52,888 bases of DNA from Gemmatimonadaceae bacterium (GCA_036393555.1 DASWGU010000093.1:1-52888), one strand, 5' to 3'; counted from the stretch's first letter, positions 26,848 through 36,042 are shown. Numbers and translations: made by a program. The notes: generated by a model not told the origin, from the letters alone.

Positions 26848-27083
26848 GCGCCGTCCGGCCTCGACGCGGCCGGCTCCCGGCCGGCCCGGCAGGTGACGCA
26901 CCGGTAGGGTGCTCCGAGCGCGATGGACAGGCGCCGCCAGGCGGAGCCGTGCAGATGCGTGTTGCACAGGATCCGGCGACACCGATCGCAGACGCCCCCC
27001 TGATTCACCGGGAACGGGTGGCCGCACTCGTCGCACTCACTGCTGAAGATCGACTTCCGGAAGATCTGCATGGGACTCATCAT
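26844..27083 (-). CDS. Small zinc-ribbon protein
   Basis: MMSPMQIFRKSIFSSECDECGHPFPVNQGGVCDRCRRILCNTHLH...YRCVTCRAG has three CxxC pairs. GGAGG lies just upstream of ATG 27083/27080. Confidence 0.55.
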   Translation of the reverse strand: MMSPMQIFRKSIFSSECDECGHPFPVNQGGVCDRCRRILCNTHLHGSAWRRLSIALGAPYRCVTCRAGREPAASRPDGA

Positions 27084-27123
27084 GGACCTCCGGAAATGTA
27101 CGAGGCCGATCGGTCGTATTGCG

Positions 27124-27423
27124 TCATATCTCGCGGACGAACCAGGCCGTTGCCTCGGCGAATTCCAGGGCGAGTACGTCCCCTGCACCGAAACGGAACC
27201 GGGTCGAGCGGGCATGCGGATTCGCCGGATTGTCGGTCAGCAGCATGTCGCCGTCAACGCGGTACACGAGCATGATGGCCTGCTGCAGGGTCCCGGCGTC
27301 GAACGAATAGCGCAGTCGGCCGCCGCGGAGGAACTCCATTCTCGCGTTTGGCGCGAAGTCGAGGCTGCCGCCTGCGTGCAGCAGGCGCCAGCGACCCAGC
27401 AGGCGGTCCCCGGCTTCGCTCAC
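27124..27423 (-). CDS. Hypothetical protein, lipocalin-like domain (GRWRL motif)
   Basis: 99 aa, GTG start. LLGRWRLLHAGG...MLVYRVDGDMLLTD. Weak family assignment. Confidence 0.45.
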   Translation of the reverse strand: MSEAGDRLLGRWRLLHAGGSLDFAPNARMEFLRGGRLRYSFDAGTLQQAIMLVYRVDGDMLLTDNPANPHARSTRFRFGAGDVLALEFAEATAWFVREI

Positions 27424-27463
27424 TGCCAGCGCCCGAGCACGCGTGGCGCGGCGAATCCCGGTG

Positions 27464-27958
27464 TCACCGGAGTTCGCGACCCAGCCGCGACTGGGCGGTC
27501 GTGTAGCTCACCATCAGGATGCCGGCAGAGACGAGGAGGTTGACCACCTCGGCCGGCGTGAACGGTGGCGCCCCGTCACCCTGATCCGCCAGCGCAGCAT
27601 CGAGCGCGGCAAGGTAGCGCAACGCAATGCCGAGGATCAGCCAGACGATGTTGGTGCCGCTTTCCAGCAGGCCGATGAGCGCCGACCGCGCGGGCCAGCG
27701 CGTCACGGCCAGGCCGCAGCCGAAGGCGATGGCGTAGTAGATGAGTTTGAGTCCCGGTTCCTCGTCCAGGAAGGTCGTCCGGAGGTTGATACCTGCCACG
27801 AGGTCGAGGAGGACGAAGCCCGGCGTGGCGAGGTAGAACGTCTGCAGCGCACGCTGGGAGACGAGCGCGCGGCGGGGTGCGGCGGGGCTGTTGTCGCGAG
27901 GACGCCTGGTCATCGCTCCGGCTGCCGCACCGTCGTCAGGCAGCCGGTCGCAGGGCAC
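27464..27958 (-). CDS. Hypothetical integral membrane protein (4 helices)
   Basis: Hydrophobic segments FYLATPGFVLLDLVAGI, LIYYAIAFGCGLAV, IVWLILGIALRYLAAL and VVNLLVSAGILMV. Start is GTG 27958 or ATG 27913. Confidence 0.55.
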   Translation of the reverse strand: MPCDRLPDDGAAAGAMTRRPRDNSPAAPRRALVSQRALQTFYLATPGFVLLDLVAGINLRTTFLDEEPGLKLIYYAIAFGCGLAVTRWPARSALIGLLESGTNIVWLILGIALRYLAALDAALADQGDGAPPFTPAEVVNLLVSAGILMVSYTTAQSRLGRELR

Positions 27959-27991
27959 CGCGCGGCGGACGGTTGCCGCCGCCGGCGCCGC

Positions 27992-28273
27992 TCACTTCTT
28001 CGACACGCTCTTGAGCCACTTCACGGCCGCTTTCAGGGCCTTGGCCTTGCCGCCGTGTCCGGCGTCGCCGAAGAACGATCGGTGCTTGGGGCGCCACGTC
28101 CCTTCCCGGGTCCGGTGGTATCCGACGCGGACGAAGAACCCGTGGGTGCGCGTCGACTCCTGGTCGATGCGGCTGATCCCGGCCGGCAGGTTGCTTCGTT
28201 TCCGGGTGGTCTTGCGGGCCGCGCCGCCGCGCGGTGCGGCTTTCGCCTTGCGCTTCGCCATGTGGTGCTCCAT
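27992..28273 (-). CDS. Small basic AP2-like DNA-binding protein (putative)
   Basis: AGISRIDQESTRTHGFFVRVGYHRTREGTWRPKHRSFFGDAGHGGKAKALKAAVKWL matches the bacterial AP2-domain pattern (GISRID..THG(W/F).VR....(F/Y)(S/F).D...GGK..AL..A..W). The second ATG at 28261 has a better SD (GGAG). Confidence 0.6.
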   Translation of the reverse strand: MEHHMAKRKAKAAPRGGAARKTTRKRSNLPAGISRIDQESTRTHGFFVRVGYHRTREGTWRPKHRSFFGDAGHGGKAKALKAAVKWLKSVSKK

Positions 28274-28467
28274 TCGGGCCGCGTCCGCCTGACGAGCGAA
28301 CGGCGGCAGTGGGGAAATGGCGGGTACCGGACTGCCGACCCGACCCGGGACCGCGCCGTGGGGACCCTAACATACTCCGCGCGCCCGCGCACCGCGAGGG
28401 GAGATGTCGCTCTCGTGAGGCAGTCGCCGTTAGGTGCGCCGTTCCGGGCACCGTTCGCGCGGCCGGA

Positions 28468-28542
28468 TGCCTGACGACGCCTGACGCGGATGCGGGGTGC
28501 TTGCCTGGACTCACGGATCAGGCTGCCTGACGACGCCTGACG
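28468..28542. promoter_or_regulatory. Two copies of the 19-mer tgcctgacgacgcctgacg (28468-28486, 28524-28542), part of a GCCTGACG motif cluster
   Basis: Read directly. Each 19-mer holds two GCCTGACG cores 10 bp apart. Further cores lie at 28287-28294 and 29030-37, with an inverted one at 28581-88. All are in the 348-bp gap upstream of the AP2-like gene. Confidence 0.6.
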
Positions 28543-28621
28543 ATGCCGCCCATGGCCCCGGCTCCGGGCCGCGTGCATCGCGTCAGGCGCTCACGGCGGC
28601 GGACGGTCGTCGTCCCGACGC

Positions 28622-29020
28622 TCACGCCCCCGGCCCCCGTCCGCCGCCCCGCCACCCGACCAGCACGACCCACGCCGCACCCAGGCCTACCACCACGACA
28701 CCTCCTCGGAATGACACCGGCAGCAGGTACGAGGCGTTGGATCCATCCGTCGCGATCAGGTAGACCCATTCGTCCAGCGCCAGGCCCAGACCCGCCCCGA
28801 AGGCGACGCTCGCCGCGTCCAGCCACCGGCTCCGTCCCGCACGGAGCGCCAGCGGCACACCTCCCGCCACGACAAGCAGCAGGCCGGTGAACAGATGATG
28901 CACGTTGTAGCCCGCCACGGTGAAGTCGGCGTCCGGAGAACGCCACAACGCCAGTCTGACGACCACGAATGCCGCCAGCAGGCTCGCCAGAACGAGGCGT
29001 GCCCGGTGACGATCGCTCAT
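28622..29020 (-). CDS. Hypothetical integral membrane protein
   Basis: 132 aa with four hydrophobic helices (LVLASLLAAFVVVRLAL, LFTGLLLVVAGGV, ASVAFGAGLGLAL, VVVVGLGAAWVVLV). ATG 29020. Confidence 0.55.
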   Translation of the reverse strand: MSDRHRARLVLASLLAAFVVVRLALWRSPDADFTVAGYNVHHLFTGLLLVVAGGVPLALRAGRSRWLDAASVAFGAGLGLALDEWVYLIATDGSNASYLLPVSFRGGVVVVGLGAAWVVLVGWRGGGRGPGA

Positions 29021-29063
29021 GCGCGTGCCGCCTGACGCCTGGCCAGGCCGGATCGCGCCGCGC

Positions 29064-29513
29064 TCACTCCACCGCGATCGTCAGAGACGGTCCCCGGTAT
29101 GCGTCTCCGGTCACCCGGGCAATCCCCCGGACGGCGTAGAGGCCCGACGGCGCGCGGGAACCCGCCTGGGTCGTGCCGTTCCACACGAACGACTGCACCT
29201 TGTCGGCCCCGGCCTCGAGTTCCTCCGTCACAGTCTCGCCCACGCACGCCGTGGTGGACGAGTGGACGATCAGACCATCCGAATCCAGGATCTCGATGAA
29301 CAACAGGCAGTCACTCGGCCCCGTCAGAGTCAATCGGGAGTAGCCGACGTTGCGCGCCGTCACCGTCACGGTCAGGCTCTCGTCCTGCGGGAGCGTGCCC
29401 TTGTCGACCTCCAGATAGAGCACGATCGAGCCCACGTCATCCGTGACATCCAGACTGCACGACGCAGCCAGCAGAACCCCGGTCAGAATCGGAACGAGTC
29501 GACGTATGCCCAC
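29064..29513 (-). CDS. Lipoprotein, Ig-like/BsuPI-like fold (weak)
   Basis: GTG 29513 with GGAGGA about 9 nt upstream. Lipobox LLAASC. All-beta-looking sequence (LTVTVTARNVG...LTLTG). Confidence 0.6.
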   Translation of the reverse strand: MGIRRLVPILTGVLLAASCSLDVTDDVGSIVLYLEVDKGTLPQDESLTVTVTARNVGYSRLTLTGPSDCLLFIEILDSDGLIVHSSTTACVGETVTEELEAGADKVQSFVWNGTTQAGSRAPSGLYAVRGIARVTGDAYRGPSLTIAVE

Positions 29514-29569
29514 GATGTTGTTTCCTCCGTGTGACCCGCGGCCTGCCCCTGCCCCTCACGTGCCGCCTG

Positions 29570-30106
29570 CTACCCCTGTGCCACGCTTTCGATCGGGGCA
29601 GAACCCGGCAGCTCCGCGGGCGAAACCGCACCAACGCCGGCAACGTCCCCGGTCACGATGCGCCGATGAAAATCCACCTGCCCCAGATGGTACGCCAGAT
29701 GCGCGGCCAAATGCAGCAGGAACGCTCCCGTGAGCTGCCGTCGGTTCGCCACCGGCAGTGGATACGGCTCCTGGAGCCGCTCCGAGGGAAAGGTGTCCAA
29801 CACGGCACTAACAGCCGAGTCGGCCCGGTGGATCGCCGCTATCAGCTCCCTCCGAGAGACACCCCGCGTGCTGAACTCCCCGTCACGGTCCCGGACATAG
29901 CCCGTATGCCCCAGCACACCACCGACGAAGTGTAGCAGGTTGCCGGCTGCGTGCAGGGCCAGCGTACCGGCGCTGTTGGGCAGGCCCGCCGGCTGTAGCC
30001 ACACCTGTTCGTCCGAGCCGTAGGCTTGCAGCTCCCGCTCCAGCGCGCGCAGCTCGCGACTGATGATGGCGCCGATCTCCGCTCCGGTCATGGTGGCCTC
30101 CGTCAC
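29570..30106 (-). CDS. DinB-family (four-helix bundle, metal-binding) protein
   Basis: LALHAAGNLLHFVG...FLLHLAAHLAYHLGQVDFHRR carries the His triad of the DinB_2 type. GTG 30106 forms a GTGA overlap with the nitrilase stop (alternative ATG 30091). Confidence 0.75.
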   Translation of the reverse strand: MTEATMTGAEIGAIISRELRALERELQAYGSDEQVWLQPAGLPNSAGTLALHAAGNLLHFVGGVLGHTGYVRDRDGEFSTRGVSRRELIAAIHRADSAVSAVLDTFPSERLQEPYPLPVANRRQLTGAFLLHLAAHLAYHLGQVDFHRRIVTGDVAGVGAVSPAELPGSAPIESVAQG

Positions 30107-31071
30107 GTTGCTGCCGGCGCGGGTGCCACGCGATCCGCGACCTCCCGGCGGCCGGCTGTTCGTATACTGAGTTCGAGACAGTCAGGTCGGCTGTAGTGAC
30201 CTGCCACGTCCAGCGACATCTGCTCTCGGCGGACCGCTGCCAGATCCAGGTCCGCCACCAGAAGCTTCGCTTCGTCAAGCACAGGCGGCGCGACATAATT
30301 ACCATCCGGCCCGATGATCGCGCTGCCCCCACGCAGGACCAGCGCGCTGGCGGCGGGGACCCGGGCCGGATCCACCGCCAGGCCGGCCGGCAGCGACACC
30401 GCCCGCAACACCGATCCGGCGGCCAGCACGAAGCATCGCCCCTCGAAGGCGTAGTGCCGGCTGGCGAGTTGCAATCGTTCATGGACCATGGGCCACAGCG
30501 CGATGTGAACGTCTTCGCCGGAGTCGTGCAGAGCCTGTCGTGCCAGGGGCATCCAGTGCTCCCAGCAGATCAGCCCACCCAGGCGCCCGATTGGCGTGTC
30601 CACCGCGCGAAGCCCTTCGGCATCGCCGTTTCCCCAGACCATGCGCTCCGTATACGTCGGCACCAGCTTGCGGTGGTGATTCAGGAGGCGACCGTCCGGC
30701 CCGATTACCAGCAGCGCGTTGTACAGGGTGCCGCGCCCCGGTCCCGCAGAGACGCGTTCGCTGACGCCGGTCACCAGCGTGAGGCCGTGCCGCGCGGCGA
30801 TCTCGCGCAGCACCAATCCGGCCGGCCCGGACACGTCCACACTGCCGTCGGCGTACCGGGCATACACCTCCTTCACCGGTGCGTGGTCCCAGAGCGCCAC
30901 GTCGCGACAGACGTCCAGCCAGGCCGGATATCCCGGAATCCACGTCTCCGGAAAGACCACGAGTTGCGCCCCCCGGTCTGCTGCCTCGCCAGCCAGTACA
31001 TCCGTCCGATGCAGCCCCTCCTCGAGGGAAGGTCCGGCTTCTGCCTGCGCGATCGCGACCCTGATAGTCAT
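30103..31071 (-). CDS. Nitrilase / carbon-nitrogen hydrolase
   Basis: The catalytic E-K-C triad contexts are all present: LVVFPETWIPGYP, HHRKLVPTYTER, GGLICWEHWMP. Confidence 0.9.
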   Translation of the reverse strand: MTIRVAIAQAEAGPSLEEGLHRTDVLAGEAADRGAQLVVFPETWIPGYPAWLDVCRDVALWDHAPVKEVYARYADGSVDVSGPAGLVLREIAARHGLTLVTGVSERVSAGPGRGTLYNALLVIGPDGRLLNHHRKLVPTYTERMVWGNGDAEGLRAVDTPIGRLGGLICWEHWMPLARQALHDSGEDVHIALWPMVHERLQLASRHYAFEGRCFVLAAGSVLRAVSLPAGLAVDPARVPAASALVLRGGSAIIGPDGNYVAPPVLDEAKLLVADLDLAAVRREQMSLDVAGHYSRPDCLELSIRTAGRREVADRVAPAPAAT

Positions 31072-31083
31072 GGACGATTCGCG

Positions 31084-32799
31084 TCAGCTCGACTGCCGGA
31101 GGCGGGCGAGCTCTTCTTCCACCAGCGTCACCAGTTCGCCCATGCCGCTCTCATCGAACACCAGCCGCGCACCCGCGGCCCGGTAGATGTCCGGGAGTGA
31201 CGCCGACCCGCCCAAGGCGAGCGCCTGGCGATAGCGCTGCATCGTGCCGCTGGCATCGGACAGGCTTGACCGCCAGATCTGCAGGGCGCCGAGCTGGGCG
31301 ATGCCGTACTCGATGTAGTAGAAGGGATACTCGAAGATGTGGAGCTGTCGGTACCAGCGCGCGACGCGCTCGGCTTCGAGGCCGGTCCAATCCACGCCCC
31401 GGTCGAAACGGGCGCGGATGTCCAGCCACGCGGCATCCCGTGCGGCGGCGGCGTGCCCCAGACCGCTGGTGTAAATCCACGCCTGGAACGCATCCACGCT
31501 GGCGATGTGCCCCAGCGTGACGAGGATGTCCTCGAGCTGCTCGATGCGCGCCGACCGCGCCTCGTCAGGCGCGTAATAGCCGGTGGGCCTCGCCAGATGG
31601 GATGCGGTCAGCAGCTCCATGCTCATCGACGCAAGCTCCGCAGCTTCGTGCGTCGCGCTCCGCTGCCACACGTACGGGAGCCGGTGCGCCGCGAAATCAT
31701 GGAACGAATGACCGGCCTCGTGCACCAGTGTGCCCACGTCGTCGGGAATCCCCACTGCGTTCATGAAGATGAACGGCATGCCGCGCCATCCCAGCTTCGT
31801 GCAGTACCCGCCCGGGGCCTTGCCAGGCCGGCTCTCCAGGTCGAGCAACCCCTCGTCCGCCATGCGCCGGAACTGTGCCCCGAGTTCCGGATCCAGGGCA
31901 TCGAAGACGCGCTTGGCCGGTTCGATCAGACCGGGAACATCTGAAAACGGCTTCAGCGGTGCGGACAGATCCAGTTCGACCTGCGTATCCCAGGGCCTGA
32001 CCGTCTCGACCGCCAGTCGACTCCGGCGTTGCACCATCAACCGCTCCACGGCCGGTACCACGGTCGACTGCACGGCTGCATGGAACGACGCACAATCCGC
32101 GGGCGTGTAGTCGAACCGGTGCTTCGACTTGAATACGTACGCCTGGAAGTCCCCGAACCCTGCGTTGCGCGCCACCTGCTGTCGCTTCAGGTACATGCGG
32201 TCGAACAGCTCGGCCATGGCATCGCGCTGATCGATGTATGCCTTGGCCCCCAGTCGAAAAGCCCGCTCCCGCACCGTGCGGTCCCGGTCCTTCAGGAATG
32301 GCTGCAGCTGAGGGACCGTCTTGCGTGTGCCGTCCCACTCCACTTCCAGGCCGCCGGCGATCTTCTGGTAGGCAGCCGTCAGCGTCTCCAGTTCGGAGAA
32401 CAGCGGGACGTTTTCCTCGCGGAAGATCTCGATGTCGGTCAGGAACCGGCGCAACACCGGCTCGAGCCCCGGCTCGGCATACCCTGTTTCGACCAGGCGT
32501 GCGGCCAGCCTGACCTGCATCTCGACGGCCTTCGGGAAGATGTCCGCCGTCCAGCGGAGATTGGCGGCTTCCTTGGCGGGATCGGCGGTATCGCACGTGT
32601 AGGCGATCATCGCGAGGGTCCCCGCCTCGTCGACGATTTCCTCCAGCTTCGACCATTCCGCCAGCCAGGAGCGAGTGTCCACGACCGGCGCCGTCGCCAA
32701 CGCCTCGTAGAGCGGTTCGAGGTCGGACCAGGTGGCGTCGGCGAGCGCCTGCGGGGATTCGGGAAGTGAGACGATCACGGTGAACGGGGGAAAGGCCAT
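31084..32799 (-). CDS. pepF: M3B oligoendopeptidase F
   Basis: HEAGHSFH zinc motif and overall PepF-like length. The track start is TTG 32829. ATG 32799 (MAFPPFTV...) is preferred. Confidence 0.88.
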   Translation of the reverse strand: MAFPPFTVIVSLPESPQALADATWSDLEPLYEALATAPVVDTRSWLAEWSKLEEIVDEAGTLAMIAYTCDTADPAKEAANLRWTADIFPKAVEMQVRLAARLVETGYAEPGLEPVLRRFLTDIEIFREENVPLFSELETLTAAYQKIAGGLEVEWDGTRKTVPQLQPFLKDRDRTVRERAFRLGAKAYIDQRDAMAELFDRMYLKRQQVARNAGFGDFQAYVFKSKHRFDYTPADCASFHAAVQSTVVPAVERLMVQRRSRLAVETVRPWDTQVELDLSAPLKPFSDVPGLIEPAKRVFDALDPELGAQFRRMADEGLLDLESRPGKAPGGYCTKLGWRGMPFIFMNAVGIPDDVGTLVHEAGHSFHDFAAHRLPYVWQRSATHEAAELASMSMELLTASHLARPTGYYAPDEARSARIEQLEDILVTLGHIASVDAFQAWIYTSGLGHAAAARDAAWLDIRARFDRGVDWTGLEAERVARWYRQLHIFEYPFYYIEYGIAQLGALQIWRSSLSDASGTMQRYRQALALGGSASLPDIYRAAGARLVFDESGMGELVTLVEEELARLRQSS

Positions 32800-32885
32800 C
32801 GCGCCACCTGAACGGCGCGAATCACGCAACCTATCGGCGCGTTCCGCGCGGGGTCAGTCCCCGCGGCGCGGAGCACGACAGACCG

Positions 32886-33779
32886 TTAGTCCTGTCGCGC
32901 CCCCGTTGGCCGCGTCCCGGTCCGAGCGTCCGGATCGGTAGTCCGGGCCTGCAGCTCCGAGGCAATGATCTGCAGGTGCCCTCGCATCCGGGCCAGCGCG
33001 CGAGGTATCTCCTCGAGTAACGACGGTACCCCAACCGACGCGACTGCGGCGCGCGCATCATGCGCCAGGCCCGCGATCGATTCCGCCAGCGGATCGTCCG
33101 CACTCATGGAGGGCAGGAGTCGCTCGTACTGGCGCAGTACGTGATCCAGGTCCCGGAACGCCTCACTCAGAACGCGCACGTCCTCCCGAAGGGCCTCGAG
33201 GCTGTCGGAATACGTGCCGTTGGCCGGGTCAAACGCGCGCACTCCGTACAGGAGATCGCGGAACTCCTGCTCGTTCTGGCGATCCTGCGCCACATCCCGA
33301 TAGCTCTCGGCGTACCCTGCGATGCGGGAGCGCTCGTCCCGGATGACCGCCACGCGCACATGGCACAGCCGCATTGCACCGTCCGGTTGGCGCGCCCACG
33401 CTTCGCCGACCCACACGGCACGCTCGGCCGCAATACGGTGTGGCTCGGCCTGGTCGAGGCCGTCGAAACGGCGAAGCGTCGTTGCCACCTGGTCTTCCAT
33501 GGCGCCGCGGTGGCGGTCGAACAGGTTGAGCGCGGAGCTGTTGCAGTCGAGAACTCGGCCCTCGCCATCCGTGATCAGCACCGCCTCGGCCAATGCATCG
33601 ATCGACGCCGCCCGCCTGACGATCCGGTCGTCCCGACGCGGCTCGGACACGGCCGGCGATTCATCAGTCGCTGCCGGCGTCCGCCGACTGCCCCTGCGCT
33701 GGCCGACGTAAAACCCCGCCGCCAACAGAAGGACGGCAGTGACCATCCAGACGATCGGGTTCTGGAGCGTGGCGATCAC
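32886..33779 (-). CDS. Membrane-anchored PAS-domain protein without recognisable output domain
   Basis: N-terminal TM (IVWMVTAVLLLAAGFYV), then a PAS-like block (LAEAVLITDGEGRVLDCNSSALNLF...VWVGEAWARQPDG...VAVIRDE), then a helical tail. No HisKA/HATPase, GGDEF or HTH motif seen. Confidence 0.6.
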   Translation of the reverse strand: MIATLQNPIVWMVTAVLLLAAGFYVGQRRGSRRTPAATDESPAVSEPRRDDRIVRRAASIDALAEAVLITDGEGRVLDCNSSALNLFDRHRGAMEDQVATTLRRFDGLDQAEPHRIAAERAVWVGEAWARQPDGAMRLCHVRVAVIRDERSRIAGYAESYRDVAQDRQNEQEFRDLLYGVRAFDPANGTYSDSLEALREDVRVLSEAFRDLDHVLRQYERLLPSMSADDPLAESIAGLAHDARAAVASVGVPSLLEEIPRALARMRGHLQIIASELQARTTDPDARTGTRPTGARQD

Positions 33780-33965
33780 TGATCAATCGGGACGCGGAAA
33801 GGGGTCCGCGAAGCCTCGTCAGGCAACGGGAACTCCTTGAACCAATCGTTCGCTCTTTGGTCGACTCCTGCCGGGCTCCATCGTAACACCGCCGGATAGA
33901 AGCATTTATGAAAGTACCCGCGCTCTCTCGGGACCGGGTCGCGGACGAAAAGCACCTCGCCGTGC

Positions 33966-35225
33966 TCAAGGATAAATCAGGTAGGGCCTCACCTGCTGCA
34001 GGAAGTCGCGCGACTCCTGTTCCAGGACCGTCAGGAGTTGATCGACCTTGCCCAGTTCCACGGCCTCGCGGAGTCGGCTCGACCCCGCGAGGCGGTCGAC
34101 GTGTGACACACGCCACTGGAATTCTCCAGTGTGACGCTGGTAGATCGCCCGCAGCATCTCCAGCCCGACGCGAGCAGGCGACACGGCATCGCGATCGGAG
34201 ACGACCACCGCGATCATCGGAATGCGGCTGCCTCCCCACTTCTGGCCCTGTTCGACGGTGACCAGCGTGGAGTCGAATACCACCCCCGGAATGCGTTTCG
34301 CGTTCAGCTCCCGGGCGATTGCTCCGGCGTCGTGCAGCCAGCCTGCACCGACCAGTTGGAACGGCAGACTGGTTCCCCTTCCTTCACTCAGGTTGGTTCC
34401 CTCGAAGAACACCGTGCCGGTGTACAGCAGCGCGGCGTCGATGGTGCGGATGTTCGGCGAGGGACTCCGCCACGGGAGGTGCGTTGCCTCCCACCACATC
34501 TCGCGCCGCCAGCCTGACATGGGCACGACGGCGATGTCCGCCGTGATCTGCCTCGTCCCGATCAGGAAGCGAAGCAGCTCGCCGGGGGTGAGACCGTACC
34601 GAAGGGCAACCGGGAACTGGCCCACGAACGACCGGAACGCCGTGTCCAGCACGCCGCCCTCCACGCGGTCTCCGCGAATCGGATCGGGGCGATCGAGCAC
34701 GACGAACTTGCGTCCGGCCTTGTGAACCGCCTCCGCGGACAGCGCCATGGTCCACGGATAGGTGTATACCCGCGCGCCCACGTCCTGGATGTCGTACAGC
34801 ACGACGTCCACGTCCCGCAGCATCTCCGTCGTGGGGACGCGGGTATCGCCGTACAGCGAGTGTATCGGCACTCCGGTCGCCGAGTCACGTCCCGAAGCGA
34901 TCCGCTCGCCGGCCTGCGCTTCCCCACGGATACCGTGTTCCGGCGCGAACAACGCGGTGAGGGTAACTCCCGGCACGCGGTGCAACACGTCGATGGTGCT
35001 GCGTCCTTCCGGCGTGATCCCCGTGTGGTTGGTAATGAGGCCCACCCGCTTTCCCCGGACCAGGTGGACCGAGTCGGTGAGCAGGACTTCGATTCCCAGT
35101 CGGACGCGCCGCGCCGGCGGAGCAGCCTGGGCGCGGAGCGAAGATGACGACGCGACGGCCACTACTGCCGGAAGGAGGAGCGTCGCGGATCGGATGAGGT
35201 GGTTCGCCAGCGGTTGCAGGTGCAT
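33966..35225 (-). CDS. DUF1343 / NamZ-like exo-beta-N-acetylmuramidase, secreted
   Basis: ATG 35225. Signal sequence LLLPAVVAVASSSSLRAQ. GKRVGLITNHTGI...LFAPEHGIRG...HSLYGDTRVPT...DVVLYDIQDVGARVYTY...VLDRPDPI is the DUF1343 signature. Confidence 0.85.
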   Translation of the reverse strand: MHLQPLANHLIRSATLLLPAVVAVASSSSLRAQAAPPARRVRLGIEVLLTDSVHLVRGKRVGLITNHTGITPEGRSTIDVLHRVPGVTLTALFAPEHGIRGEAQAGERIASGRDSATGVPIHSLYGDTRVPTTEMLRDVDVVLYDIQDVGARVYTYPWTMALSAEAVHKAGRKFVVLDRPDPIRGDRVEGGVLDTAFRSFVGQFPVALRYGLTPGELLRFLIGTRQITADIAVVPMSGWRREMWWEATHLPWRSPSPNIRTIDAALLYTGTVFFEGTNLSEGRGTSLPFQLVGAGWLHDAGAIARELNAKRIPGVVFDSTLVTVEQGQKWGGSRIPMIAVVVSDRDAVSPARVGLEMLRAIYQRHTGEFQWRVSHVDRLAGSSRLREAVELGKVDQLLTVLEQESRDFLQQVRPYLIYP

Positions 35226-35340
35226 TTCGAATACCGTGAAATCGAGCGTGGCCCCATGATACCACCCTTCGCGCCCAGGGACACCGGTGGAGTGGGACGA
35301 GCCCTCCTCTCCCGACTCCCGTTCCCCCATCTTCAAGCCC

Positions 35341-36042
35341 ATGGCCATCTCCTGGCGACGGGCCCGACGAATCGCGCTCTGGACCGTGTTGGCGCTGGCA
35401 GTCACACCTGTGGTGCTGGCGCTGTCCCTGAACGTCGTGCAGCCGCCAACGACCGCGATGATCATCGCGCGCTCCCTGCAGCGTTTGGCCGCAGGAACGC
35501 GGCCCGTCTATCCCCGTCGCGACGTGGTGGGACGCGCGGCCCTTTCGCCCCACCTTCGACGGGCCGTCCTCGCGGCCGAAGACGACCGGTTCTACCTGCA
35601 TGAGGGGTTCGACTTCGAGGAGATAGAGAAAGCGATCGCGGCCAGTCGGCGCGGTGCCCGCCTCCGGGGCGCGTCCACCATCACACAGCAGGTTGCCAAG
35701 AACCTGTTCCTGTGGGAGGGACGGTCGTTCATCCGGAAGGGCCTCGAGGTCTATCTCACGCTCGTGCTCGAGGTCTGCCTGTCGAAGGATCGCATACTCG
35801 ACATCTACCTCAACCTCGCAGAGTGGGGCGATGGAGTCTTCGGTGCGGAGATGGCGTCGCGCACGCACTTTCGAAAACCGGCCAGCCGCCTGTCGCGAGA
35901 GGAGGCGGCTCGGCTGGCGGCGGTGCTCCCGGCACCGCGCCGCTGGTCCCCGCATGGTGCCGTGGCGACCCGCCGCGCGGCGCTCATCCTGGAGCGCATG
36001 GTCTACGCCGCCCCGCGGGCGACGGACGGCAACAGGCGTTAG
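35341..36042 (+). CDS. mtgA: Monofunctional biosynthetic peptidoglycan transglycosylase
   Basis: AAEDDRFYLHEGFD, GASTITQQVAKNLFL and RKGLEVYLTLVLE are GT51 motifs. ATG 35341 precedes the TM anchor (the track start GTG 35287 is also possible). Confidence 0.85.
   Translation: MAISWRRARRIALWTVLALAVTPVVLALSLNVVQPPTTAMIIARSLQRLAAGTRPVYPRRDVVGRAALSPHLRRAVLAAEDDRFYLHEGFDFEEIEKAIAASRRGARLRGASTITQQVAKNLFLWEGRSFIRKGLEVYLTLVLEVCLSKDRILDIYLNLAEWGDGVFGAEMASRTHFRKPASRLSREEAARLAAVLPAPRRWSPHGAVATRRAALILERMVYAAPRATDGNRR

Noticed and set aside
28468-28542. Possible CRISPR array, suggested by two identical 19-mers 56 bp apart.
   Set aside because: There are only two full copies, the repeat is too short, the unit is internally repetitive (GCCTGACG x2) and no cas genes occur in the window. 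It is better explained as an operator or iteron-like motif cluster.
36039-36042. Convergent mtgA and ABC1-kinase genes share overlapping stop codons (TTAG).
   Set aside because: The observation is real but trivial. Such overlaps are common in compact high-GC genomes and imply no special mechanism.
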